Positions 1 through 12,125 of a stretch of DNA of 64,000 nucleotides are shown here, one piece after another. The notes beneath the pieces are model-generated. The model was not told the DNA's origin and did not search any database. It was given only the letters and a program-made list of their open reading frames with translations. The DNA comes from a phage. The DNA is taken from NCBI GenBank assembly GCA_012628545.1, contig GCA_012628545.1_3035.1, one strand, 5' to 3'. Within the stretch, counting starts at the first letter, position 1, and each line of letters opens with the position of its first letter. The position numbers were made by a program, and so were the translations under genes.

Positions 1-213
1 TAAATTTTATCATGTGATTTTTAAGCTGATACATATCAAGCCCACGAGCTTTTGCTTCTTTTCGCAGGGCTTTACCAGCGTCATCTAAAGCTTTCGCAGG
101 GTCTTCATCATTTAATACTACCCCACGGTCCAAATCCATATATACTGCACCATTACATGCATCAATGTAACGGTCTGAACATTCAATATAACGTTCTAGC
201 AGAGTTTTCATTT
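1..213 (-). CDS. hypothetical protein, partial (N-terminal 71 codons; 3' end lies beyond window start)
   Basis: ATG at 213 opens a minus-strand frame (MKTLLERYIECSDRY...) that runs off the window edge without a stop; position corresponds to the pseT-proximal cluster. Confidence 0.4.
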
Positions 214-444
214 ATTTTTCTCAACCAATGATTGAATATAATCATGCAGGTCTTTAGATGCTTTACCCCACTTATTTTGATATTCATTTTTAAGATTAGC
301 CCGAGATTGAGCTAATAAAACATCATTAGTTGGAGGTAAAGATTCTAATCGTTGAATCTGACGTCCATAAATCATTGCAGCCATCTCAGATTCATAAATC
401 AATCCTTTGAGATGTTCAAATTGATGCCATGAAATCATTTGCAT
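208..444 (-). CDS. hypothetical protein, 78 aa
   Basis: ORF track; tightly packed with neighbours in the pseT.x/alc cluster position. Confidence 0.45.
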   Translation of the reverse strand: MQMISWHQFEHLKGLIYESEMAAMIYGRQIQRLESLPPTNDVLLAQSRANLKNEYQNKWGKASKDLHDYIQSLVEKNK

Positions 445-734
445 TTATCCTCTTTTAACTCTTGACGATAATAACATATCATAGTTTTTTGGTCATGTAC
501 ATATCGTTTTACATCATTAAGCCAAATACGAAATTCCTGAGAATCTTCAAATGGCATACCGACCCAAGCTTTACCATCAATAACTTTAACTTGCCAAGAT
601 AGTTTAGCTTCGTCATATGACTTTATTTGCACAGGCCAATTAGGATGAACTGTTTCTTTCTTTACTTCTAGAGGCTTTGTAGAACAACCAACTAGAAGAC
701 CAATAGATAATATTACTGCTGATAGTTTAATCAT
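435..734 (-). CDS. predicted lipoprotein, 99 aa
   Basis: N-terminal signal peptide with lipobox LVGC (MIKLSAVILSIGLLVGCSTK); overlapping start/stop with neighbours. Confidence 0.5.
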   Translation of the reverse strand: MIKLSAVILSIGLLVGCSTKPLEVKKETVHPNWPVQIKSYDEAKLSWQVKVIDGKAWVGMPFEDSQEFRIWLNDVKRYVHDQKTMICYYRQELKEDKCK

Positions 735-1084
735 TTAGAAAGGTCCTGGATGTCTTCTGCGAACTTGTTGAAGGAATTGTTGATTTGTTTTTCAACCAAT
801 CCTGGCTTACGAGCCACCACATCCGCCTTCTTTGCGTCTTTGCGCAGCTTTTCATTTTCACGCTCAATAGCAGCAATTGCCTCACGATTTTTAGTATTCA
901 TCGCATCAATATAATTATACTGAATTCGCAAATTATTTAATGCTAAAGCGTTTTCATTGGCTGTTTTTGTAATTTCAGTAACTGATGTTTCTAATCTTTC
1001 TACCTTATTTTTTAAAATAATAGATGTTCCGCCCAATGCTATTACAATTAATAGCAAACCTGCTGTCGTATTACTTAATTGCAT
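731..1084 (-). CDS. membrane-anchored coiled-coil protein, 117 aa
   Basis: N-terminal hydrophobic helix (AGLLLIVIALGGTSIIL) followed by a charged heptad-like region. Confidence 0.5.
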   Translation of the reverse strand: MQLSNTTAGLLLIVIALGGTSIILKNKVERLETSVTEITKTANENALALNNLRIQYNYIDAMNTKNREAIAAIERENEKLRKDAKKADVVARKPGLVEKQINNSFNKFAEDIQDLSK

Positions 1085-1578
1085 AAAGTTTTAATAACCT
1101 CTATAATATCGTCTTGAGAAAGACCGTTAATTAAAATATGATGTTCAGCCGGAGATTTAGAAATTTTAAAGCATGCCTCAACATCTTCTGCCATATCCGA
1201 TGCGCTACGATTTGGATTACTAATTCCAAGACGATGTTTTCCCGTCAAAGGATTGACGATGATATAGCATTTGCAGCTATTGATATGAACATTAGGTTGA
1301 GTCTGATTAATGAACACTTCGCAATCATACTTAGCGAGTTGATTTTCTAAAAAGACTTTCATCTCCTCAACCGCATCAGGAAGCATATCACGGGCTTGCT
1401 CAAGACGACGATTTCGATATTCTTTAATGGTCGTTTTCCGCTTGACTTGCTTAGCTAAATCTTTCTTAAGATCGGTGATATATCCAACTCGACGATTTCC
1501 TTTGAATACAGAAATCCCATCTGTAGTATCACCGTATGCTTCAACGACCATTTCAGTAGTAATAAGCTGCAAATCCAT
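1075..1578 (-). CDS. alc: Alc, inhibitor of host transcription on cytosine-containing DNA
   Basis: Translation MDLQLITTEMVVEAYGDTTDGISVFKGNRRVGYITDLKK... recognised as T4 Alc (about 167 aa); position upstream of rnlA; start taken at second Met. Confidence 0.8.
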   Translation of the reverse strand: MDLQLITTEMVVEAYGDTTDGISVFKGNRRVGYITDLKKDLAKQVKRKTTIKEYRNRRLEQARDMLPDAVEEMKVFLENQLAKYDCEVFINQTQPNVHINSCKCYIIVNPLTGKHRLGISNPNRSASDMAEDVEACFKISKSPAEHHILINGLSQDDIIEVIKTLCN

Positions 1579-1642
1579 CATAAAGTCCTCATGTTATGTC
1601 AGTAAGACTACTGTAACACAACACGAGGGACTTGTAAACAGC

Positions 1643-3230
<1,588 letters not shown>

Positions 3231-3237
3231 AATAAAA

Positions 3238-3253
3238 TGGGCCTTGCGGCCCA
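3238..3253 (-). terminator. hairpin terminator downstream of nrdB
   Basis: TGGGCC-TTGC-GGCCCA stem-loop followed on the minus strand by TTTTATT. Confidence 0.5.
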
Positions 3254-3257
3254 CTCC

Positions 3258-4436
3258 TTAAAAATATTTTTTAAAACTCATCATAACTTTATCATCAACA
3301 TCATTATCAATCTGTGCAACAAGGTAAGATGACAGTTCTACTTCTTGCGGCGCGGATTGAACATTATCAGAATTAAGGTATTCACGAATCCAAGGATATG
3401 GATGTTTAACCGGAGCATCGGTAATTGGGCATGGAAGACCGCACTGTTTCATACGAGATACAGTTAAGTAATCAATAAAGCTCCACATGCTATTTGTATT
3501 TAATCCAGGAACATCGCCATCTTTAAATAAATGAACTGCCCAATCTTTTTCTTGGCGGTTAACTTCCATGAAAATATCAACTGCTTCTTGTTCACACTCT
3601 TTGGCAATTTTAACCCATTCATCACCATCAGTGCCAAGTTGAAGTTGACGAATAATATATTGTGTACCTTTAAGATGAAGCTGCTCATCACGTGCAATGA
3701 ACTTCATAATCTTGGCATTACCTTCCATGATTTCCATATTCTTGTGGAAGTTAAAGGTACATGCAAAAGATACATAAAAACGAATAGCTTCCAATGCGTT
3801 GATTACGTGCAGGCAGAGGTAAAGAGAGCGCATTAGTTCACGTTTCCAATACATTTCATGCTCTATGGCATCTTCAATAACGTCTTCGTCTGCATTAATT
3901 TCTTTTTGGTATTCGATATCAGCTTTAGCGTTTTCCCAATAACGAGTTTTAATCAGAACATCATCATAATAACGACCAATAGATTCAGCGCGTTTCATAA
4001 TAGCTTCATCTAATACAATCTCATCAAATACCTTTGACGGATCAGTATAAAGATTTCGCATGATATGAGTATATGAACGACTGTGAATAGTTTCACTAAA
4101 AGTCCACGTAGCAACCCATGTATCAAGGCTTGGGTCTGAAATCAATGACATAAGTACAGCAGACGGCGCACGACCCTGAATGCTATCCAAAAGTGATTGA
4201 TACTTCAGATTATTAGTAAAAATATCTTGCTGATATTGAGGAAGCTTGTTAAATTGCGCAGCATCCATCATTAAGTTTACTTCTTCAGGGCGCCAGAAAA
4301 ATGACAACTGCTTTTCGGTTAAATCTTCAAAAACTTTATGACGTTGAATATCATAACGCGCAATACCAAGACCTGAACCAAAAAACATAGGTTCTTTTAA
4401 AACATCAACTGGATTTGTATTAAAAACTGTGCTCAT
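3258..4436 (-). CDS. nrdB: ribonucleotide reductase small (beta) subunit
   Basis: 392-aa uninterrupted ORF recognised as aerobic RNR R2 by overall similarity to T4 NrdB; contiguous (no intron). Confidence 0.9.
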   Translation of the reverse strand: MSTVFNTNPVDVLKEPMFFGSGLGIARYDIQRHKVFEDLTEKQLSFFWRPEEVNLMMDAAQFNKLPQYQQDIFTNNLKYQSLLDSIQGRAPSAVLMSLISDPSLDTWVATWTFSETIHSRSYTHIMRNLYTDPSKVFDEIVLDEAIMKRAESIGRYYDDVLIKTRYWENAKADIEYQKEINADEDVIEDAIEHEMYWKRELMRSLYLCLHVINALEAIRFYVSFACTFNFHKNMEIMEGNAKIMKFIARDEQLHLKGTQYIIRQLQLGTDGDEWVKIAKECEQEAVDIFMEVNRQEKDWAVHLFKDGDVPGLNTNSMWSFIDYLTVSRMKQCGLPCPITDAPVKHPYPWIREYLNSDNVQSAPQEVELSSYLVAQIDNDVDDKVMMSFKKYF

Positions 4437-4487
4437 AAATTTTCCACTTAGTTAATAGATAGTGACTCGTCCATGAGTCAAATTATA

Positions 4488-6752
4488 TCATAATTTACAG
4501 GATGAACAATCTTCAGCTTTTGGAGTTTCTATTTCATAATCATCAGTACCAGAACCATCACGGGTATTATGATAATAGAAATTTTTTCCGCCAAAATACC
4601 AAAAATACAAAAGGTCATCAATCATTATTGACATTGGAACCTTTCCTTTTGGAAAAATCTGTGGGTCATAATATGTATTCGCCGAAGCTGATTGACAAAC
4701 CCATTTCAGCATAATAGCTACCTGCGTAAGATAAGGTTTATTACCTTTCTTAGCTAATTTCCATGTATAATCATAGAGGTCTATGTTATGCTCAATATTG
4801 GGCACGACTTGATTAAAGGAGCCCTCTTTTGATTCTTTAACAGAGACTGGTCCACGTGGAGGCTCGATACCGTTTGTACTGTTAGAAACTTGGGAAGATG
4901 ACTCACATGGCATAAGTGCTGATAATGTGCTATTACGGATGCCAAAGAGCTTAAGGTCTTCCCGCAGCGACGACCAGTCACAAACGTATTTTGGAGCTGC
5001 GATTTGGTCAATCTTTTTATTGTACCAGTCGATAGGTAATTCGCCTCGAGACCAACGAGTGTCTGAATAATATTCGCAAGGTCCTTTTTCTTTGGCGAGC
5101 TTAATGGATGCTTTAATGAGTCCATACTGTAATCTCTCAAATAGTTCATGTGTTAAATCGTTAGCATCTTCATAAGAAGCAAAGTTACTTGCCAGCCAAG
5201 CTGCATAGTTAGTAACACCTACACCGAGGTTACGACGCTTTTTAGCTTTTTCTGCTTCAGGAACTGGATATCCTTGGTAATCCAAAAGATTATCAAGAGC
5301 ACGAACTTGAACTTCTGCTAATTCATTAATTTTATCTTGGTCTTGCCAATCGAAGTTATCCAGCACAAATGCAGATAACGTGCACAATCCAATTTCAGCA
5401 TCGGGGCTATTCACATCATTTGTTGGAATAGCAATTTCACAGCACAAGTTACTCTGACGAATAGGTGCCTTTTCACGAATAAATGGAGTATAGTTATTCG
5501 TATTATCAATGAACTGTACATAAATCCTTGCTGTTCCTGAGCGTTCAGTCATGAGCAATTCAAATAGTTCACGGGCTTTAATACGCTTTTTACGAATATT
5601 AGGGTCTTTTTCTGCTGCTTCGTATAATTCACGGAAACGGTCTTGGTCTTTAAAATAAGAATAATAAAGCTCGCCACCCATTTCATGCGGACTGAACAAA
5701 GTAATGTAATCGTTCTTTCCGAATCGTTCCATCATCAAATCATTCAGCTGAACACCATAATCCATATGACGAATGCGGTTTTCTTCTACGCCTTTGTTAT
5801 TTTTCAAAACGAGAAGATTTTCAACTTCCAAATGCCAAATAGGATAATAAGCAGTAGCAGCACCGCCACGAATTCCACCCTGTGAGCATGATTTAACTGC
5901 AGTCTGAAAATGTTTCCAAAAAGGAATAACACCGGTATGGCGTACTTCACCCATGCCAATCTTAGAACCTTCGGCACGAATCATACCAACGTTAATACCA
6001 ATTCCAGCGCGTTTAGAGATATATTCAACAATTGAAGCGGAAGCCTTATTGATAGACTTCAGCGAATCACCTGCCTCAATAACAACACATGAACTAAACT
6101 GTCGAGTCGGAGTACGACAACCAGCCATAATAGGAGTTGGCAGTGAAATCTGTCGAGTAGATACTGCTTCATAAAAACGGATAACATGTTTTAATCTATC
6201 AACAGGTTCATCTTGATGCAATGCCATTCCAATAGTCATAAATGCAAACTGTGGAGTTTCATAAATTTGACCAGTGGTTTTATCTTTAACTAGATATTTT
6301 TCTTTTAATTGCATCGCCCCGGAATAAGTAAATTCCATATCCCGCTCGTGCTTAATTTTTGATTCTAAAAATGTAATTTCTTCTGCTGAATATTTTGACA
6401 ATAATTCAGGGTCATATTTACCTGCATTTACACAATAAGAAATATGGTCAATAAATGAACGCGGTTCATACTGCCCATAAACATGCTTACGAAGAGCAAA
6501 CATTAAACAACGTGCAGCTACATATTGGTAATCAGGCTCTTCAACCGAAATAGAATTCGCAGCGGCCTTAATGACAATAGTCTGAATATCATCAGTGGTC
6601 ATTCCATCACGGAGATATGATTTAATATTTTCATATAATTCATAAGGATCTACAGATGTTCCTTCAGCTGCCCAAGATAAAACTTTAATAATTTTTTGCG
6701 GGTCAAAGCTCTGAGAAACACCACTACTTTTGATAACATTAATTAATTGCAT
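4488..6752 (-). CDS. nrdA: ribonucleotide reductase large (alpha) subunit
   Basis: 754 aa, N-terminal ATP-cone region, conserved catalytic cysteines (NLCCEI context); same length as T4 NrdA. Confidence 0.95.
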   Translation of the reverse strand: MQLINVIKSSGVSQSFDPQKIIKVLSWAAEGTSVDPYELYENIKSYLRDGMTTDDIQTIVIKAAANSISVEEPDYQYVAARCLMFALRKHVYGQYEPRSFIDHISYCVNAGKYDPELLSKYSAEEITFLESKIKHERDMEFTYSGAMQLKEKYLVKDKTTGQIYETPQFAFMTIGMALHQDEPVDRLKHVIRFYEAVSTRQISLPTPIMAGCRTPTRQFSSCVVIEAGDSLKSINKASASIVEYISKRAGIGINVGMIRAEGSKIGMGEVRHTGVIPFWKHFQTAVKSCSQGGIRGGAATAYYPIWHLEVENLLVLKNNKGVEENRIRHMDYGVQLNDLMMERFGKNDYITLFSPHEMGGELYYSYFKDQDRFRELYEAAEKDPNIRKKRIKARELFELLMTERSGTARIYVQFIDNTNNYTPFIREKAPIRQSNLCCEIAIPTNDVNSPDAEIGLCTLSAFVLDNFDWQDQDKINELAEVQVRALDNLLDYQGYPVPEAEKAKKRRNLGVGVTNYAAWLASNFASYEDANDLTHELFERLQYGLIKASIKLAKEKGPCEYYSDTRWSRGELPIDWYNKKIDQIAAPKYVCDWSSLREDLKLFGIRNSTLSALMPCESSSQVSNSTNGIEPPRGPVSVKESKEGSFNQVVPNIEHNIDLYDYTWKLAKKGNKPYLTQVAIMLKWVCQSASANTYYDPQIFPKGKVPMSIMIDDLLYFWYFGGKNFYYHNTRDGSGTDDYEIETPKAEDCSSCKL

Positions 6753-7069
6753 AAGTCCTCAACTTGAAAATCGTCTTTAAACAATCGGTTAACTATATGA
6801 GCTATTATATCACCATGACACGGCTTTGGTTTACATGTGCATCCTAGCCTCATTCCACGTAAAGGCTCTAAATGTGCTTTAGTTATTTCTCCGGATTTAA
6901 TTCGACGTATAAAATCTTTTTTGAATAATTCAATGGCAGCCTCCCGGCTGCCAGCATCTTTACCGACGTAATTTCCCCAAAATGTACCACGGTGAATATT
7001 AACATCAAAGTCGGATTTGTATTTATTCACTACCCGGCATAGACGGCCCACGCTGGAATAATTCGTCAT
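6743..7069 (-). CDS. hypothetical protein, 108 aa
   Basis: ORF between nrdA and td (nrdA.x position); Cys/His-rich segment [11 protein letters not shown]. Confidence 0.45.
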   Translation of the reverse strand: MTNYSSVGRLCRVVNKYKSDFDVNIHRGTFWGNYVGKDAGSREAAIELFKKDFIRRIKSGEITKAHLEPLRGMRLGCTCKPKPCHGDIIAHIVNRLFKDDFQVEDLCN

Positions 7070-7298
7070 ACTGTTTTTCCGTTAATACAGTAATATCATA
7101 GTAACAGTCAGAAGAAGTTTTAACTGTGGAAATTTTATTATCAAAATACTCACGAGTCATTTTATGAGTGTAGTATTTTTTACCATAAATGGTAATAGGC
7201 TGTTCTGGTCCTGGAACTTCTAACTCGCTTGGGTTAGGAAGTGTAAAAAGAACGGCACCAGAAGTATCTTTAAATCGTAAAATCATACATCCTCGCAA
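7023..7298 (-). CDS. hypothetical protein, 91 aa
   Basis: ORF between nrdA and td; overlaps neighbour as in compact phage operons. Confidence 0.4.
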   Translation of the reverse strand: MRGCMILRFKDTSGAVLFTLPNPSELEVPGPEQPITIYGKKYYTHKMTREYFDNKISTVKTSSDCYYDITVLTEKQYDELFQRGPSMPGSE

Positions 7299-7306
7299 TA
7301 ATAAAA

Positions 7307-8167
7307 TTACACCGCCATTTTTCCTTTAATTGGCAGATGAGATACATAGTTGTTAAGAACAAAATTATGAGGCTTTGCAAATTGACTCAACCAAAATACC
7401 TGCGATTCTGTGTCCCATTCATCAAATTCATCTGGAAATTTTAATTGTAATTCGCATAAATCCATAGGTTCACGACGTAAAATTTCTTTACATTGTTCTA
7501 CGTGATTCATATAGATATGAGTATTACCACCAGAAAATATCAAATCTCCAGGAATAAGATTACACATTTTAGCTACAATATGAACTAACGTAGCATATGA
7601 TGCAATATTAAATGGAAGACCGAGGAAAACATCTACCGAACGTTGATACCACTGCAAATCTAAATAGCCATTACGCACATTAAACTGATAGAACATATGA
7701 CAAGGCGGTAATGCCATATATTTAAGTTCAGCTGGATTCCACGCAGAAACAATTTGACGCCTATCATTCGGCAGTTTTTTAATACGATCAATAACTTCTA
7801 CAATTTGGTCTACACCGCCAAAATCACGCCATTGTTTTCCATAAATTGGACCAAGTTCACCGCTATGATATCCTAAATCTTTTGCCTGATTTTCGTAATT
7901 TTCATCCCAGACTGTTTTGCCTTGGATTAACGAATCGTGTTGAATTAATCGTAAATCATTGACATTTGTGCTTCCTGATAAAAACCATATTAGCTCAGCA
8001 ATGCATGCATTCCAGGCGAGCTTTTTAGTTGTTACTGCAGGAAAGCCTTTAGTTAAATCCCAACGCAATTTAGTACCGAACAGAGCAATTGTTCCTGTGC
8101 CTGTGCGATCATCGGTTTCATAGCCATTTTCAAAAATGTCTTTAATTAAATCTTGGTATTGTTTCAT
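7307..8167 (-). CDS. td: thymidylate synthase
   Basis: 286 aa; active-site region [11 protein letters not shown] and folate/dUMP binding motifs; uninterrupted (no group I intron). Confidence 0.95.
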   Translation of the reverse strand: MKQYQDLIKDIFENGYETDDRTGTGTIALFGTKLRWDLTKGFPAVTTKKLAWNACIAELIWFLSGSTNVNDLRLIQHDSLIQGKTVWDENYENQAKDLGYHSGELGPIYGKQWRDFGGVDQIVEVIDRIKKLPNDRRQIVSAWNPAELKYMALPPCHMFYQFNVRNGYLDLQWYQRSVDVFLGLPFNIASYATLVHIVAKMCNLIPGDLIFSGGNTHIYMNHVEQCKEILRREPMDLCELQLKFPDEFDEWDTESQVFWLSQFAKPHNFVLNNYVSHLPIKGKMAV

Positions 8168-8212
8168 TTAGTACCTTATATAAATTATAATACATTTTAT
8201 GAAGCTAAATAA

Positions 8213-8560
8213 TCAATACGGTTTAGCATCAAATTTTCTCTCAATTTCAGGTGTGAAATATAATTCTTTACCGCGTTTGGAAAAGCGACCAATAATATGA
8301 TAATTATTCTCATCAAACGTAATATTACCAATATCCATAGCTTTCAACCAAATATCGATATTTCTATCCAGCTTTATGTCAAAATTCCAATACGGAGAAC
8401 TATTACCGAAAATACTGCAAGCGGATTCAGTGAAACAACTGCTATAAATCTTGTCTTTAGGAACTACTAATTGATAGACACCTTTAATAAACTGAGGACC
8501 CTGCCACTTTGGCTGTTTCGCGTCTTTTTCTAATAGAATAGGGTAATAATTAAAATTCAT
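8213..8560 (-). CDS. hypothetical protein, about 115 aa, inserted between frd and td
   Basis: Clean ORF (MNFNYYPILLEKDAKQPKW...) filling a ~410 bp spacer; track ORF 8213..8572 uses a GTG, first ATG is at 8560. Confidence 0.5.
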   Translation of the reverse strand: MNFNYYPILLEKDAKQPKWQGPQFIKGVYQLVVPKDKIYSSCFTESACSIFGNSSPYWNFDIKLDRNIDIWLKAMDIGNITFDENNYHIIGRFSKRGKELYFTPEIERKFDAKPY

Positions 8561-8580
8561 ATTTTCCGCCACGTATTATT

Positions 8581-9407
<827 letters not shown>

Positions 9408-9418
9408 ATTATCTCCTA

Positions 9419-9751
9419 TTAAAAAGGATCAGGAATATATCCGCTAGCTTTAATCATTTTAATTAACGTTAGCATTCCTTTATTAACCGCTAGTGAGATT
9501 TCATCAAAAACTTCATCACTAAAAAGTTCTAACACACCCTTCTGAACTTTTAATTTACAGCCAACAATTTCGTCATCGCCTATAGTAAATTCATTACCAC
9601 CAATTCCTCCGAAAAACTTAATTACACCAGTTAACTGTCTTCCACGAGAATATGGGTCGTGTGATAAAGTAATATGAGTCACCCCGGGTACAGTTTTAAA
9701 TTGGCAGCGAATATTTACTTGTGAAATTCCAGTTACATGAATATCAGACAT
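9419..9751 (-). CDS. hypothetical protein, 110 aa
   Basis: ORF in frd-to-32 spacer. Confidence 0.45.
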   Translation of the reverse strand: MSDIHVTGISQVNIRCQFKTVPGVTHITLSHDPYSRGRQLTGVIKFFGGIGGNEFTIGDDEIVGCKLKVQKGVLELFSDEVFDEISLAVNKGMLTLIKMIKASGYIPDPF

Positions 9752-9761
9752 AATATTTTCC

Positions 9762-10004
9762 TCAAATAGACTTTTTCACAATTTTCCAATCAGCTTTAAA
9801 CTGATCGACGTCAGAGTGATAAATCCAAAATCCTGCGCTTTCTCCGTCTTCATAAAGAGGACATCCATCGCATTCATCTTCCCATCCCATATCACGTAAA
9901 AGATGTTCAGCTTTTTCAATAAGTTCAGAATCTTTACCAATAATATTAAAATACCATTTACCTCTAACTTCTGAATCTTTGATACTCTGACGTTGTAATC
10001 TCAT
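9762..10004 (-). CDS. hypothetical protein, about 80 aa
   Basis: Track ORF 9762..10061 reads through a promoter cassette; start placed at internal Met (MRLQRQSIKD...) downstream of the promoter at 10030..10059. Confidence 0.4.
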   Translation of the reverse strand: MRLQRQSIKDSEVRGKWYFNIIGKDSELIEKAEHLLRDMGWEDECDGCPLYEDGESAGFWIYHSDVDQFKADWKIVKKSI

Positions 10005-10029
10005 TTTATTCTCCTTAGTTGATAAGGCT

Positions 10030-10059
10030 ATAGTATCACTACCATAGCCTGTTGTAAAC
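10030..10059 (-). promoter_or_regulatory. early promoter cassette (sigma70-type)
   Basis: Minus strand GTTTAC, 18 nt spacer, TGGTAGTGATACTAT-type -10; member of the repeated cassette family. Confidence 0.5.
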
Positions 10060-10061
10060 AA

Positions 10062-10355
10062 TTATTTTTGAATTTTATCGAGCCACTTACCAAGCTTAAT
10101 CATTTCTTTAGTAGCCTTTTCCATACTTCTGAACTTAACCAATAGAGGATAGGTATCGACACCCATAACTAAACTGGTTACAAGACTGTGTTCACCCACA
10201 AGCCATAACGAATACGTTTGAATATCGAGCCCGTAATTTCTGTCTTTGTGGACCCGTACACCCATCACTTCAAATTTCTCACTAGCTTTTTCTACTGCAT
10301 CCAGGAAATCATCTTTAGTCATATTAGGCCTTAAAAGTTTTTCGCAAAAGTTCAA
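10062..10355 (-). CDS. hypothetical protein, 97 aa
   Basis: ORF in frd-to-32 spacer. Confidence 0.4.
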   Translation of the reverse strand: MNFCEKLLRPNMTKDDFLDAVEKASEKFEVMGVRVHKDRNYGLDIQTYSLWLVGEHSLVTSLVMGVDTYPLLVKFRSMEKATKEMIKLGKWLDKIQK

Positions 10356-10701
10356 TGATTTCGTCTACATTGTTTTCATCTACAATGCAGTGAATTTTTG
10401 TTACGCCAGAAACCTTGTCTTCGACTTCATCTTCAGAAGTCGGTTCTTTATACTCACGAAAACAATGAAATTCATCTTCGCAAATTTCTAAAAGTCTATC
10501 TTTGAGGTAAAAATGCTTTCCATTTGCGCATTCAATGTGTTTTACTGCTTTATATCCATTAGCGACGGAAACTTCTTTAACTTCAAACCATCCGCCATTA
10601 TCTCGAATAGCTTTAACGATTGATGAATTAGAACGTGGGCTATAATTAATAAATGTATCAATAAGTCTTGGAACAAGTTCATACTTTTTGCCAATATACA
10701 T
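10324..10701 (-). CDS. hypothetical protein, 125 aa
   Basis: ORF in frd-to-32 spacer. Confidence 0.4.
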   Translation of the reverse strand: MYIGKKYELVPRLIDTFINYSPRSNSSIVKAIRDNGGWFEVKEVSVANGYKAVKHIECANGKHFYLKDRLLEICEDEFHCFREYKEPTSEDEVEDKVSGVTKIHCIVDENNVDEIIELLRKTFKA

Positions 10702-10744
10702 TACGTTTCCTCATTTTGATAGGGGCTTGATAGCCCCTTGATAA

Positions 10745-10972
10745 TTATTGTTCAATCAGTCCCATGTAAAATTCTGCGTCTTCGGCATCCATGCCATCAC
10801 AATATTCATTAGCCATAAAGCGGGTGAGGTCTTCAAGAGGACCTTCAACAACAATTTGAATACTCCAAAATTTAGAATCTTGCACACTTGTGATACTAAG
10901 TTCAGGATAACGATTACGAATAATTTCTTCGATATATTCAAAATCAACGATGTCAATATCAACTTTAGCCAT
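10745..10972 (-). CDS. hypothetical acidic protein, about 75 aa
   Basis: Track ORF 10745..11098 includes translated promoter sequence (FHGTIQLS artefact); start placed at [11 protein letters not shown] with upstream GGAG RBS. Confidence 0.45.
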   Translation of the reverse strand: MAKVDIDIVDFEYIEEIIRNRYPELSITSVQDSKFWSIQIVVEGPLEDLTRFMANEYCDGMDAEDAEFYMGLIEQ

Positions 10973-11015
10973 ATTATTTTCCTCTTTAATCATCAGCAGT
11001 ATTGCCGATAGTTGT

Positions 11016-11045
11016 ATAGTACCATGGAAGGACAAGGATGTAAAC
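11016..11045 (-). promoter_or_regulatory. early promoter cassette
   Basis: Minus strand GTTTAC-N18-TACTAT with A/T-rich UP-like tract upstream; near-identical to copies at 27366, 30999, 57516. Confidence 0.6.
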
Positions 11046-11077
11046 CATTTTGTGAAAAAAATTTTTGAAATAAAAAA

Positions 11078-11096
11078 GGGGACCCTAGAGGTCCCC
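11078..11096 (-). terminator. intrinsic terminator downstream of gene 32
   Basis: GGGGACC-CTAGA-GGTCCCC hairpin followed on the minus strand by TTTTTTATTT. Confidence 0.7.
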
Positions 11097-11118
11097 AATT
11101 AATTAGTAATATAATCTA

Positions 11119-12027
11119 TTAAAGGTCATTCAAAAGGTCATCCAGGTCCGTGTCATCAGCACTAGATGAACTGCTAGAGCTTGAGCTCATAAAATCATCT
11201 TCAGTTTTTGTATTGAAGTCATCAACATTGAATGCATCCAAATCATCAGCAACTTTATCAGCTTTCTTAGCGGCAGTTGCTGCGGCACCGCCCATCACAG
11301 CAGTTCCCATAACTTGACCGAATTTAGTGCTCAGTTCTTCAAACGATTTGAATTTATCTTTAGAAGTCATTTCAGAAAGGTCAACCATTTGTTCGAACAG
11401 TTCTTTCTGGAAAGATTCATCATCAATGTTTGGAATCGCAGATTGATTCAGGAATTTAGATTCGTCGTAGTTACTAAAACCAGAAACTTGTTTAACTTTC
11501 AGTACAAAGTTAGCACCTTCCCACGGACAAGTTACATCAACCGGAGTTTCACCCATTTCAACATCAACTGCAATCATTGCATTGATTTTATCCCAGATTT
11601 TCTTACCGAAACGGTATTTAAATACTTTACCTTCGTTTTCTGGAGCAGCTGGGTCTTTTACAACAAGAATGTTAGCCCAGTAAGAAGTTTTACGTTTAAC
11701 AAGACTGTACTCTTTATTGTCAGTGTTGTACAGATCATTTTTACTAATGTATTGACATACTGGGCAAGAATCGTAATCACCGTGGGTAGATGAACAGTTT
11801 TCAATATACCATTTACCATTTTTCTTGAAACCGTGATTTACAAGAATTGCGAACGGTGCTTGTTCATCATTTTTAGACGGAAGAAAACGAATTACTGCTT
11901 GACCGTTACCCGCATTGTCGAGTTTCAGTTTCCACTCGCCTTTATCTTCAGAAGAAAAACCACCTTTATTTCCAGCCAGTTTAGCCATTTGTGCAGCGAG
12001 TTCAGCAGTAGATTTACGTTTAAACAT
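11119..12027 (-). CDS. 32: single-stranded DNA-binding protein gp32
   Basis: 302 aa; [17 protein letters not shown]..., zinc-binding Cys/His region and acidic C-terminal tail with poly-Ser ([21 protein letters not shown]). Confidence 0.95.
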   Translation of the reverse strand: MFKRKSTAELAAQMAKLAGNKGGFSSEDKGEWKLKLDNAGNGQAVIRFLPSKNDEQAPFAILVNHGFKKNGKWYIENCSSTHGDYDSCPVCQYISKNDLYNTDNKEYSLVKRKTSYWANILVVKDPAAPENEGKVFKYRFGKKIWDKINAMIAVDVEMGETPVDVTCPWEGANFVLKVKQVSGFSNYDESKFLNQSAIPNIDDESFQKELFEQMVDLSEMTSKDKFKSFEELSTKFGQVMGTAVMGGAAATAAKKADKVADDLDAFNVDDFNTKTEDDFMSSSSSSSSSADDTDLDDLLNDL

Positions 12028-12060
12028 TTTTATTTCCTTTTAATTTAATTAACAGTTGGT

Positions 12061-12093
12061 GCTATGACGATGTATGACCTCATAGCTGGTCAG
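12061..12093 (-). promoter_or_regulatory. gene 32 autoregulatory translational operator (pseudoknot-forming leader)
   Basis: Minus-strand leader ...TGACCAGCTATGAGGTCATACATCGTCATAGCAC... followed by an unstructured A/T-rich stretch and RBS; matches the remembered gp32 mRNA pseudoknot. Confidence 0.7.
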
Positions 12094-12110
12094 TGAGATA
12101 ATTATAATCT

Positions 12111-12118
12111 ATTTATAA
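12111..12118 (-). promoter_or_regulatory. late promoter (TATAAATA on minus strand) for gene 32
   Basis: Reverse complement TATAAATA upstream of the gene 32 leader. Confidence 0.6.
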
Positions 12119-12125
12119 TAAGCAA

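Noticed and set aside
7307-8167. Group I intron in td (expected from T4)
   Set aside because: The thymidylate synthase frame is continuous for 286 aa with no interruption; the same holds for nrdB.
10745-11098. N-terminal extensions of ORFs reading through promoter cassettes (peptide FHGTIQLS; also 57242..57535 and 30350..30598)
   Set aside because: The same peptide appears wherever the conserved promoter DNA is translated; true starts are the internal Met codons with RBSs downstream of the promoter.
11314-11793. 159-aa plus-strand ORF antisense to gene 32
   Set aside because: Lies entirely within the well-supported gene 32 coding region on the opposite strand; Phe/Asn-rich low-complexity translation typical of antisense frames in AT-rich DNA.
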